The position numbers and the translations under genes are program-made. The notes beneath the pieces are model-generated. The model ran no database searches. It worked only from the letters and a program-made list of their open reading frames with translations, and was not told the DNA's origin. Positions 1 to 12,600 of a stretch of 64,000 bases of DNA are shown here, one piece after another. The stretch spans positions 558,001-622,000 of the forward strand of contig MU057809.1 in the NCBI GenBank assembly GCA_013265495.1, written 5' to 3'. Numbering within the stretch: position 1 is the first letter of the stretch; each line of letters starts with the position of its first letter. The stretch is from Vicugna vicugna (taxonomy: Eukaryota).

Positions 1-1415
1 CTCAAGTGCAAGGACCACCACCCTCAGCACCAAGTCCCAGCTGCCTCCCTGGGCCGCCAGGGCTGCACAGCTGGGCTGGACCACCCTGGCCAGTCCCATG
101 GTGACCACGCCCCTCCCAGACCAAGCACCTCTAAGACCCCCGCTCCTCAGCCTCGGGGCCTTAGCTCATGCTGCTCCCTGCACCCAGGTGCCCCTTCCCA
201 CCTCACGAGGCAGGAGCTCACGTCCCCCATGGCAGGGGTTCTGCCGGCCCCACCTTGGTCCCCGGGGGGCCGCATGGTCAGACCTCTGGCGGAAATCGCC
301 AAAGACAGAGCTGACTTGCAAATCCCTTCAGAAAGGGCCAAGGAGACCCCGCCCATCCCTCTCAGGAAGTCCAACAGGACAAGCTTTCCGGCAGCGGTGA
401 ACCCCTGGTGGGATGGGCTGAACCATCCTCCAAAAGAGATCTGTCCGAGTCCTAACCTGCAGGACATCAGAATGTGCCCTGTCTGGAAACAGGGACGGAC
501 TTTACAGAGAGAATCGTGTTAAAGTGAGTCATGGGGGGCCCTGATCCACAGCGCCTGGTGTCCTCACATGGAGGGGAAACTTGGAGGCAGAGACGCGCAC
601 AGAGGGAAGACGGCGTCTGCGAGCCCCAGGCCTCAGGAGGAGCCAGCCCTGCAACCTGGGCTCCTCGGCTGGACAGGGAGATGCTCAGTTCTACCGTCTC
701 AGCCACCGTCCCCAGGGCCACGCTCCGCAGGCCTAGCGGACTGGCCCTCGGGAGGCGGCCGGCTTGCATTTGAGGCCTTGCAGGACCAAACTGCAGCCGC
801 TTCACCCTCGCCGGGCCGTGAGAACCTGCACACCGGTGCCCGGGCACCCTCCCTGGTAGATCGTGCTTTCAGGTGAACCTCTGTAGTTTAGAATCAGGTA
901 TGTTCTGGTGTGGCTCCAAGGTACCTGCCTGGGGCCAGGCGCACAGCCGGAGCTCTATAAATGCTGTCGATGAGTTAACTCAGCCAGTGCTTGCGGAGTG
1001 AGGGGACTTGGGTGAAATTCACGTGCTCTTTCAGCTGGCCGAATGAATGAACTCACGGAGTCCGTGTGTCCACCGTCTGCCGACCTGTGTCCTGCCCGGG
1101 CTGGCGCCTGGCCCGGCTGAGAGCCCGCGGCCGCGCGGCCCCTCCCAGCCCGCCTCCCGCTGGCCACAGCTGACCAGGACTGCTGACCTGCTCCTGCCCC
1201 CAGCGCCTTGGGGGCTCTTGGGAATGTGTACCCCCTTCCAAATTCCTGGAGAGCTGACCTCACAGTTTATTTCCTGGAACAAATTGCAGCTGCTTGGGGG
1301 GTGGGCATGGGGGCTGGGACGGGGGCTGACAGAGGCCAAGCTGTCCTTCCAGGTACTTCCAGCACATCTGGAGTTCATCCCCTGGGGAAGGGGAGCAGAG
1401 AGGGAGAGCAGGAGG

Positions 1416-1438
1416 CAGACAGACAGACAGACAGACAG
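1416..1438. repeat. (CAGA)n microsatellite
   Basis: Read directly. Confidence 0.95.
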
Positions 1439-4419
1439 GCTGAGGCACAGATGGAGGGAGACATGGGTACAAGAAAGCCCAGAGGTGAGACAGGAGAGAC
1501 CACAGGGCAGAAGTGGGGAGGGGGGTCCAGGGACAGGGGCACCAAGGCAGACACACTGGAAGAGGCCAGGGAGAGGGTGGATGTGAGGAGACACCCAAGG
1601 CGAGGCAGGGGGGAAGGGCCCCTCAGGTGCAGGGCAGGGGCCCAAGGCCCCCACTTCCCTGTCACCCAGCTGCAGGCCTCCCCCAGGCTGGAGCAGCCCC
1701 TGACCCCCGCCTGGAGCAGGGCCCAGCCAGGAGGGGTCAGCCTGGGGCTCCTGCGGTGGCCTGAGTAGGGGTCGGAGGTATTGGGCCCAAGCCACCCCCA
1801 GGAGATGGGCTGGCAGCGCCTGCACGTGACCATCTTGGGGGGTCTGGCCAGAAGGCGGCAGCAGGGCTTGGGCGGCAGGCCCTCAGGCCAAGAGCAGAAG
1901 GCCTCTGTTCCCAGGCAGCTTCCTGCTGACCACGAAGCCAGGGTGGGAGGGGAGGTCAGCCTGTACCCGGGCCCAGTGCCCTCTGCTCTGGCCCTGGGAG
2001 GGAGCTTCTGGGTGGGGGCCCCTGGGAGTGAGTCTCAACTCCCAGCAACAGGCAGGTCTCCAAGAGCGATCAGGGAGCCACCTCCGCTTCTGGCCCCGCC
2101 TGACGTGGGCCCCAGAGCCGGGGCCCAGTGGTCAGGTCAGCCCAGCAGGGTTGCAATGACCACCCACCCCTAACAGCTCCTACAGCCCCTCCCTCCTTAA
2201 CCATAACCATCACGGAGAAGGAAGCCCAGCCCTGCCTCTGGAAGAGCTCTGGACCGGCGCCCCGCCTGCCGCCCTCCTCCGGCCCTCCTCCCGCCCTCCA
2301 GCCTTGGTCCCTCCTAGTCCACAGGTTTCCTGCCTCCGGGAGGTGGGAGAGCTGTGTTTGTTTTGGGCGGTTCCTGCGCTCACCTGGCTGCTCAGCAGAG
2401 GTGGCGTCACTGGGGAAACAGACCCCCACCTGCGAAACCTACAGCTACAGAGAGGAGGGGCTGGGAAGGGCCGGCTGCATCCCAGGAGGCTGAGCCCGTC
2501 TCCTGACCCGCAGTGGAGACCACACACCTGCCAGGGTCCTGTGGGGCAACCGACGCAGGTTACAGGTGAACTCCCAGGTCTTGGCGGGCAGAGCCAGAAG
2601 TAGGACTCCGCGAACAGGCAGCCCACCTGGCGGGCTCAGTGCCAGGCTCCTTCACAGCTGCGCACCTCCGCCGGGGGCCAGGAGGAAACCGGCTCACAGG
2701 CAGCAGGAAGGACTGAGATGAGATAAAGGGAAGGACTTCCTGGTGGCGAAGCTAGGAGACACGGAGACAGGATGTCCAGTTTCCTGCTGACAGAGGGTCT
2801 TCACGGGATGGGTAGTATAGGGGTGAGTCTCACCCAATTTGACTTAAGGGGGCTCCCCCAAGAGGACAGCCGCCCTGTGTTTCCTCCCCTCCCTGCACCC
2901 CTGGGGACTGTCGAGGTGGCTCAGGGCTTCCTGGTGAGACCACCCCTGCTCCCAGCCACCAACTTGCCCAGAGGCACTGCCAGGACTAAAGGTGGGGGAA
3001 GGGCGCTTAAGGCACAGGCACAGGACACGCAGGTGCCCACACTCACGTGCACACCCGCAGTGGCACTCATGAACTCCATCAGCCAGTACCCATGGGGCCC
3101 GGCTGGCCCGTCGCGTACGGAAGCTTTACCAGCCCCCTAACTGCAGCCGTGACAAACGTCCACACACTGGGCCGCTAGGGACAGCAGGCATTTCCTCCCT
3201 CAGAGTCCAGAGGCCAGAGTCTGACATCAAGGTGTGGGCAGGGCCCAGCCCCTCTGGGGGCTCCAGGGGAGACTTGTTCCGTGCCCCTCCCAGCCTCGGG
3301 TGGCTCCAGGCCTTCCGCGGTCACAGGTCACAGGGCCTTCTCCCCGACCCTGCAGCACCCAGGCCCCTACAGAGCCCTGACCTTGCAACAACTACGTATC
3401 TACTGAGCCCGGTGCACATGCTCTTATCTGCGGGCCGCCCACTGCGTGGCTATCTAGGAGCGCCGGCTAGGCCCCAGGCAGCACACCCTTCTGCAGCTGA
3501 AAGTCCAGTTTGGGCAGATGGACGATTACCAAGCCAGCAATAAGTAAGATAAGTTAACCCGTGCGTGAGGGTGGGTGGTCTCCTCCGCCGCCGCCCAGCT
3601 CCCCGCCGCCCACCCACCCTCACCGCTCTCAGAATTACCTCGAGCTTTTACTCATTTACCTGTCTGCGGTCTGTCTCCATACTGAACACATTACTCCCTG
3701 AGGCAGGGGCCAAGGCCATCTGGCACAGTATGCAGTGCTGAGTACACAGCAGGCACTCAATAACGGTTATAGGAACTGCTCTAATGACACCAGCGTGTGC
3801 CAGCCTGTGCACACGCCCACCCACGCACGCCTCTGCTCTCCCGCAGGCAGTGCACTCTGGGACAGGAACACACACACATCCGGGCCTTGAACCCCAGCAC
3901 AGCTGGGGACAGATGGAAGCTCCTGGGGCTCAGAAAGGCCCCAAATCTCCACTTACACCCATGCGTCGTCATGAGGCTGCCAGGCCGGCAGACGGTGGCA
4001 CCCTCCTTCCCTCCAATGGCAGACTTCTCCTGCTGACCCCTGGGGTCAGTCACCAGCCAGCCTTACTAGGGACCCTGCAGGCACCGGGGTGGGATTCCGC
4101 CAGCCCACCTCCGCTGCCAGTCCCCCTCCCAGACCCCACATCCCCGGCCCACCCCGCATCAAAGGTCAGCTTCAGTGTTCAGTGTGGAAGCACATTTTGC
4201 CCCAATATCTTCTGCGTCCGAGAGCGACCAACGCACATCCCTGGGCAGGGAGCAGAGAGGACTCCCCATGGGGCCCCATGAAGGCATTTCACAACCGCAG
4301 GCCGGAGGAGGAAATACATGATGGCCTCGCTCTTACGACCAGCTTCCCAGTGGAGGGTGGTGCCTGGGGACAGTCCCTGGGGGTACAGGGAACATGTGGG
4401 TGGGTGCAGGGGAGGAGCC

Positions 4420-4505
4420 CCAAGTTCCAGCCCTGGTTCTGCCTGATGTGCTCTGTGACCTGCAGAAGGATGTCGCCTCTCTGGGCCTCAGTGTCCCCAT
4501 CTCTA
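4420..4505 (+). mobile_element. MIR SINE fragment
   Basis: ctctctgggcctcagtgtccccatct resembles the MIR core. Confidence 0.65.
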
Positions 4506-5259
4506 CAGCAAGCAGCCTGACGGCAGCATCGAGACCTCCCTGGCAAACACACTCCACCCACCCTGGCTCCAGCCACCACTTCTCAGGAGAACGCTTTTAA
4601 ACAGCACGCTTTTTCCAGAAGGTGCCTCCTGGGGACACCCTTCCTGAGCTTCATCCACCCAGCCCAGGCACCCTCCCCGGCAGTTTTACTCATTGAGAAT
4701 CTCACCGAGCAAGGGTGGGGCCAGGACCTGGACGCACAGAGCTCTGTCCCAGCAAGCTGGGTCACCGTCACAGCCAAAGGGCGTTTGATGAATGAATAAC
4801 GGATGGAGCGGGTCCAGGGTGGGGACAAGATCTGGCAACAAGGCAAGGCCTAGCCACAACTCCAAGGCCCTTCTAGGGGGAGACGACCTACCCCCTCCGC
4901 TGCCCACCTCCCAAGGCTCTGATGTCATGCTCTGTCACCCTAGGGTATGGAGGCCTGGCCAATGGGACCTTTGTTGGGGGGGTTGGTTCCTAAGCTTCCT
5001 GTTCTGTGTTGGCCCCTCCCTCACAGTGACCCTGGCTGGCTGCATTCCTAAAGGTGCCTGAACAGGCTGGGGGAGGGGCAGTACCACACAGGCACTCCGA
5101 GTGACCTCCCACACCCCTGATCTGGTGCGCAGGTCCCAGGGCAGTGGGAGTCTCAGAAGGCCCATAAGGACAGCTCTGCCGACCCTTTCCCTGGGAGACT
5201 GACCAGGAGCCAGAGCCCAGGACGCTGGCCTGAGTCATGACTGACTAAGCTAGCGGGGG

Positions 5260-6230
<971 letters not shown>

Positions 6231-7619
6231 CCCACCGGGAGGCTCCCGGGCTGCTCCTGGGGCCTGAGACCCCTTGGGGGGAGTCCTGGTCTGTTTCCCA
6301 GTTTTCCACTTTGAGCATCAGTGACACAAGTAATTAAGGAAAAGGACCTCTTGGGGGATGTCAGTTAGGGGGCTGCTGCCCTCCACGTTCTTCTCGCAAA
6401 ACCCTGTCCGTGGGCATGTGGACAACCAGCCAGAAACACACACAGGCTCCAGAAACGAGAGGTGACCCCGCCCCCCTGAACCCTGGGGCGCAGGGCTTGT
6501 CCAGACACGGCTGCAGGCAGGAAGGAAAGTGTTTCGAAGAGAGGGCCCTGGCAGGGAGACAGGGCGGCTTCTCTGGGCCCGCCTGGAGGAGCAGAAAGGG
6601 TGTTCTAGCCTACAGCCAGCTCATGGCATTCCGGCTCTTTCTGGCAGCTGGCGCTGTGGTGGTGAGCTCCGCATCACAGGGGCAAGCCGGTGCTAGACAG
6701 GGAGCCCCGGGGGCCTGGGACTGTTTGCTGGCTGTGGCTGCTGCCCTGACCTGCTGGGGTTTCCCAGCAAGAGGACAAATGGCCGTTTCGGTTGGGCTGG
6801 TGGCTAGTCCCAGAACCAGGAAACAAGCCGGTTTTCCTGGCCCCCAAGGCAGCGTTTAGGAGCGCTGGAAAAGCTGGTGAGGTAGGGGAAGGCCATGGCC
6901 AAGAGGGTGGGGTGGGGGGGACGTCGCAGGGCTGGACGGGGGTACAAGAGGCTGGGGACCCACTTCCTGCAGAAGGAACAGGTGGAGGTGGTCGGAGCTC
7001 TGATTCTTTTAAGCTGCACTCTTGTCCCCACTGGTCCACATGGCCACCTCTGGGGACAGTGACTTTGAGGCTGCATTTGTGGTGGTCCTCCCATCAGCAA
7101 TTCACACACAGCTTGTCCTTCTGTCAGCCCTGCTCCTCTTCAGAGCCCCCAAAGCAGCACACCCCCCATCTGCCACTTCGCCCTGCTGCTGCGCCTCCCA
7201 TCCAGGCCACCGTCATTCTCCCCTGACCACTGGCCAGCTTCCCTCAGCTTCCTCCTGCCCTCTGGCCACCATACTCCACCCTTGTCCAGGAGCCAAGGGA
7301 TTTTTCTAAAAGCCAGTCAGACAAGCCCTCCCCTGCTTGGCCTCTGCAGCACTCTGAGTGAAATCTGGGCCCCTTGGCACATCTGCTGCTCCTTGGCCCC
7401 ACCCTCCCACACCTGCTCTGCTCCTTCCAGCCTCAGAACCTCTGCCCGCTGGTCCCCTGCCCTTAGCCACTCCTGGTCCTCTCAGCCCTTCAGCCAGCCC
7501 CACCCACAGCCGGACCACATGGTCCTGCCAGTTGCTGGGCCACAAACCTGGGCAGGCTCCTTGCTGGCTGTCCTCTCACTGCCCACGTCCGGTCCAGCAG
7601 GAAGCTGACCACTGCCACC

Positions 7620-7960
7620 ACCTCCACAGGCACCAGTTGGTGTGAGCCTAAATTTCTACAGGAATCTTCTAACTGTGCCTCTGCGTCTGCCTTGCCACCT
7701 ACAGTCTATTCTCAACCCAAAATCTTTGATTGCAGGAGCCAGAACCTCCCCCCACTTCTCAAACCCCTCCTCCAGCCCCTCCCCACCTCACTCACAAGGA
7801 AAGTACTGTCCTTAAAATGGGCCATCCAACCTTTCCCCAGTCGTTACCTCTCCCACCTCCCCTCCTATGACTGCCCCTTGGACGTACTCATGTTCCTTCC
7901 CCAGGACCTTTGCACTCACTATTTTCTCTGCCTGGCCCAACATTTCCAGCCTCCCTTGCA
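7620..7960. mobile_element. L2 LINE fragment
   Basis: ctacagtctattctcaac ... gacctttgcactcact ... ctctgcctgg resembles L2 3' region. Confidence 0.55.
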
Positions 7961-7979
7961 GGTACGTGGGGCTGCGTGG

Positions 7980-8200
7980 CTGAGTTCTGGCCAATGGAGG
8001 TGATATGTGCTCCTCTAGACTCACTATCTTCCCCGACCTGCTGGCTGGATGCAAATGACGGGCACCAGATAGAGGAGCTGGGGCACTGCAGCGTTAGGCA
8101 GAAGGCCACCGCTGACCAGGGATGTCCGTGTTGGCCTCTGGGTGACTGAGAAATAAATGTGCGCTGGGTTCAGTTGCTGGAACTTTGGGACCTGTTTGTT
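7980..8200 (+). mobile_element. MLT1 (ERVL-MaLR) LTR fragment
   Basis: gagttctggccaatgg ... gaaataaatg ... gtttgttagca. Confidence 0.55.
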
Positions 8201-8229
8201 AGCACACTTTTACCCTGACTGATACACAT

Positions 8230-8520
8230 ACCCAGATGAACCCCAGATTGCCCCATGACAGAGCTCCAAGGGGATGCACAGTGCCGTTATGGTGAAAGAG
8301 GGGCCTCTGTCTTGGTCCAGAAGGCCAGAGATGGCTTCCCTGGGGAGGGAGCACTGCGGCCTGAGACCTAGAGGATAAGTGGGAATTGACTTGTCGCAGA
8401 GGAAAGGGGAGAATGTCCCAGGCAGGAGGAGAGCACATGCAAAGGCCCCGAAGTGGAAGAAAGTCACAGACAAGCATCCAAGGAGTGAAGGCGCAGGGCA
8501 GGAGAGCTGGGTGCAGCTGG
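8230..8520. mobile_element. L2 LINE fragment
   Basis: ggcttccctggggagg ... gcacatgcaaaggcccc. Confidence 0.55.
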
Positions 8521-8559
8521 GGAACGGGGTGGGGAGTGCCCAGCAGGCCCCCCTGCTCT

Positions 8560-8720
8560 GCCTCTTCTGTCATCTTCACACCCGTTTTCTCACAGAAAAC
8601 TTACAGCCACCCTTTAAAAGTGGGCTGACTCTACCTACTCTGCAGCTCAAGAAAATGAGGTTCCCAGAAGAGAAGGAAGCACCCGATCTGCCAGGCAGAA
8701 CTGGGACTGAGGAGCCCCGG
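8560..8720 (-). mobile_element. MIR SINE fragment
   Basis: aagaaaatgaggttcccagaag ... gaactgggactga. Confidence 0.5.
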
Positions 8721-9729
8721 TCCTGGCATGAGGGAGGGTCCTCCTTCCAGCGTGTGTTCAGACCCTCTCAGTGACGATGGAGGCCCCTTCCCTGGGAGGC
8801 CAGCAGGGACAGTGGTGGGGACCACGGAGGACCCGGCCAGAGGCATCACTAATATGCACCTCCAAAGCCAGCTCCGGGAGGATGCGATGGTGACTGGACC
8901 CCTCCAGGGTTCATGGTGGCGAGCATCCGGAATCACACCTTGGAGTGGTGGGGTGGGGTCTGCAAACCCTTCAACTGGTGGTTTTAACCCCAAGCAACAG
9001 ATCTGACCGGGGCTGATGGACTGAGCTGGAATGGAAGCAGGGGCGCCTGTTCAAACACAGCTGAGCTGGCGGTGCCCTGAGCCCTCGCAGCAGAGGGAAA
9101 GTGTGTGTGGTGTGTGTGTGGCGGTGGGGGGACGTGAGAGAAAAGACCGGGCAGTACCCGCCCGTGCGGCCCTTCCCGCAGGACTTCTCAGAGCCTTCAT
9201 CCCCTGCCATGCACCCTGCCTCCCAAGGGAGCTGCCACAGGGGTTCCCAAAGTGACGTACCCACGGAACCCCTGCTACTGGAGGGTCTTACCAAGCGAGT
9301 GTTGCACAGAACAGACCTGGGAGCCCTGCTGGAATCCTCACTCAGCTCGGCTTTGCCCTGTCACTCTGTCAAAGGCTCCGAACTTCCGAGCCTCCTCGTC
9401 TATATGGTAAGATGGGTGCCCCGGTCCCGGTTGCACCAGGGCTGACCTGTGGAAGTGCCCAGCCCGTGCTGGCCATCGTGGGAGATGGATGCTCGGGGGG
9501 GCGGGGAGTGAGCAGAGCCCCCCGGATGGACGCCAGCCCCTCACCGACCACAGATGAATGATGTTGGGGGTCACGCCGGCGTCACAGCAGGCTGTCCAAG
9601 GGGTGTCCCCTCCTTCCCCCTCTCCCAAGGCCATGGTCAGGTCAGCCGACTGCTCACTCGGGCAGCTGAGGATGCCAAGGCCCCAGGCAGGAGAGAGCTG
9701 GAAGCTGTGACACCCCATTTTAAGGGGCT

Positions 9730-10200
9730 ACCATTAATTAATTAGGCCCAGTGAATAATGCATGCTGCCTGGGGTATATTAATAGCATATTTATACGGCC
9801 TGCTATGGATAGTATACATCCTCGTCGGAAGTCCTTGCAAATAATTCACGAGCCGCTCCCTGCCCGGGCTCTGGGGGAGCCTGGCCGGTGCTTCGGCAGG
9901 GCTCATGGGCTGCCTCCCACAGCCGAACTTCGCATTTCATTACAAATGGCTTTGCTGGGCACGTCGGTAACTTTTACATTTCCATCCACTTTATTATTAA
10001 TGGCTTTCCTGAACTGTAGCAGCCCAGCGTCGCACACAATGCGTTATAAATATTTGATCCGGCATCTATAGTCTGCCATTTATCATTTATAACGGGTTAC
10101 AAAAACATTATAAAACATTTACCGCACATTTATAGATCATTTTCGGCTACCGTGACGATGTGTTATAAATACATTATTAATCCTCCTCATGCCATTTATA
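9730..10200. promoter_or_regulatory. Candidate conserved non-coding element / developmental enhancer
   Basis: Abrupt AT-rich, non-repeat-like block with retained CpGs and recurring homeodomain/forkhead-type motifs. Confidence 0.55.
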
Positions 10201-10389
10201 GGAACCCCTTGTAATGGGGCCTGGCCCTCCCGTCCCTGTTAACACCTTGCAGGGGCTGGTGGGGCAGCAGGCAGCAGGGCCAGGGTGGACGGAAGCCCAG
10301 CCCTGCCTCCGATGGCTGTGTGTCCTTGGCCATGTCGCAGCACCTCTCTTCATCAAGCAGCTCACAGTGACAGACACCCTTCCCTGAGC

Positions 10390-10530
10390 ACTTCCTCTGT
10401 GCCGGCCGGTGCTCACCGCACCCTGAGACTCAGGCACTGTTTTCATGCCCATTTTGTAGACGTGGAAACCAGCCCTCAGAGGGGGAGGACTTGCCCGAGG
10501 CCACAGCCAGGGATGGCTGGGCTGGTGTTA
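10390..10530 (-). mobile_element. MIR SINE fragment
   Basis: cccattttgtagacgtggaaacc ... acttgcccgaggccacagc. Confidence 0.65.
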
Positions 10531-12409
10531 CAGTCCTGGGCTATCTCTCCGTGCTGTCCCAGGTCCGGGTGAGGGGTCATTCAAGGCTATCCCTCGCCTT
10601 CAGGGGAACAGGGCTGGGGGGCTCCAGTGGGTGGAAGGCAGATGAAGGTTCAGGGCGAGGCAGCCTGGGGCGGGGAGACCTAGGGTGGCTGGCCTGGGGC
10701 TGGGGGCCCCGTGCTTTGCCACCGCAAAGGCTCTCCTGGCTGGAACTCTGCCTGGGTGCTCCTGTGAGGCTGACCAGGGATGAAAGTGTCCGAGGGGTCT
10801 TTGGGACCCAGCCGGCCCACCCCAGCGCCCCAACTGCAACTCAGCATCTCAGGAGGACCCCTGGAGGCTGAGGGCGGTGGCAGCCGTCCAGGTGTGCAGG
10901 GCACCACGGTCAGCAGCTGATCCCCCTTCGGAGGGGTGGGGGGCCCTGGGCTCTGCAGCCAGAAGTCCAGCCCCAGTCCTACTGTTCCCCTGTGCATGGC
11001 CGGTGACTGTTCCCTGGGCAAAGGCCTGCTGAGCCCGACTACATGCCAGGCCCACCCCTTGTTCCCTCCCCACCGAGCCCCACAGGCCGCTGCAGGCCTA
11101 ACTCTACGCGGGGAGGGCACCAACAGGAGACCAGGCTGCGGGATCACCACCCGCACGCCAGCCTGTGCCCGACTGCAGACTGCCGAGCTGCGAGTCCCAC
11201 CTGGAACGCTCCTCCTCAGCCTTTCAAGACCCAGTTGACACCTCACCTGCCCCGAACAGCCCTTCCCAACTCCCGCAGGGAACCTAAGCCCAGGGCCCCT
11301 GGGGCCCCACCTTGGTCTGGCGCTGGGCCAGGGGCCTGGACCGGGGAGGGGACCCTGGGTGAGAACTGTCACCTGTCCTCCCTAGAGCCTTCCAAGCACG
11401 CCACTTCCCCAGGGAGGGATGGTACGGCAGGTCCTGGGGGTGTCACCCATGCTCTTCCCTGCCCAGACACCCGAAATGACCCCACCTCTGCCTGCCCCGG
11501 CCCCGCTCAGGCGGTTTTAAGTTGCTCTGAGGGAGGAAACCGGCGGGGGGGGGGGGTCCTGGCCCAGGACCCCTGGGCAGCCCTCCCAGGCTGAGCGCTG
11601 GGCACCGGCTCTGCGCAGCCTTTGTGGGGAGGACTCAGGGGCCCTGGGGCCCCGGCTGCCCACGCCTCTCTGGTCCCCTGCCAGCCGCTGGCTGTCTGGC
11701 CTGTTTGAAGGTCAAGGTCTACCCCTTCCCAGGACTGAAAATGAAACCAGGAGGCGTTTGTTCTGAGGCCACAGGGAGCCAGGTGAGCTCGTCACCATGG
11801 GAACACCTCGCCTGGCCCCACCCCGCCCCACCTGGTGAAGGAAGCCTGAGGCCTGGGTGCCCTTTGATCTTGCCTAGACCTGGCACTGCAGGCCCCTCCC
11901 CGGGCACTGAGGGGCTCGGCAGGACTCCCGTGGGACGCCTCAGCTCCGATAACCTCCCTTGTCTTGTCGGGTGGGTGAGGGCAGCCCCTCCTAATGGAAG
12001 GTAAACTGAGGCCCAAGGGGAGTCCAGCTGCCCAGGGTCACGTGTCAAGGACTGCAGCCCAAGTGGTCCCCGCCCCACCCCGTGTACCTCACCACCTTCC
12101 TGACACTCAAGGACCCCGTTCCCCAAACCTGGCCCGTGAGTGGTCAGTCTCCCAGGACTTGGTGGGCTGTGGGCTGCTCTGAGCCAGGCGAGAGCCCGGG
12201 ACTGGGAGCTTGGGTGGGACACACAGGCTTCACATCTTTGCCGCAGTCCTCCCCGGCCCTGGCTCCCGCCCCAGGTCTGGGACGTTGGGCTCTAGGAGGA
12301 GACTGGACTTCATTTACCCCCACACCTGCTCTGCACACCCCAGGCTACACATCCTGGCTGGAGCGACGAACAGAACATACAGACCCTGGGGAAGAAGGCA
12401 CCTGACCCC

Positions 12410-12600
12410 GTGTGCAGGAAGGCTTCTTGGAGGAGGTGCCACAGGAGCTGAGAGCTGAGGATGGAGTGGAAGCCGGCACAGTGGACAGTGAGAGGAGGAG
12501 AGACCTGTGCAAAGGCCTCGTGGTGGGAGGGGAGGTGGCAAGCCTGGGCTTCAGCAGGGACACAACAAGGACTGAGCTGGAGCAGAAGCGTGGGGACCCT
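12410..12600. mobile_element. L2 LINE fragment
   Basis: ggaaggcttcttggaggaggtg ... ctgtgcaaaggcctcg. Confidence 0.55.

Noticed and set aside
1255-1290. AATAAACTGTGAG resembling the end of MICALL2 exon 2 (…NKL|gt)
   Set aside because: Upstream bases do not encode the expected INFSALKKENIYEN-like peptide and the donor phase does not fit; exon 2 lies outside the window
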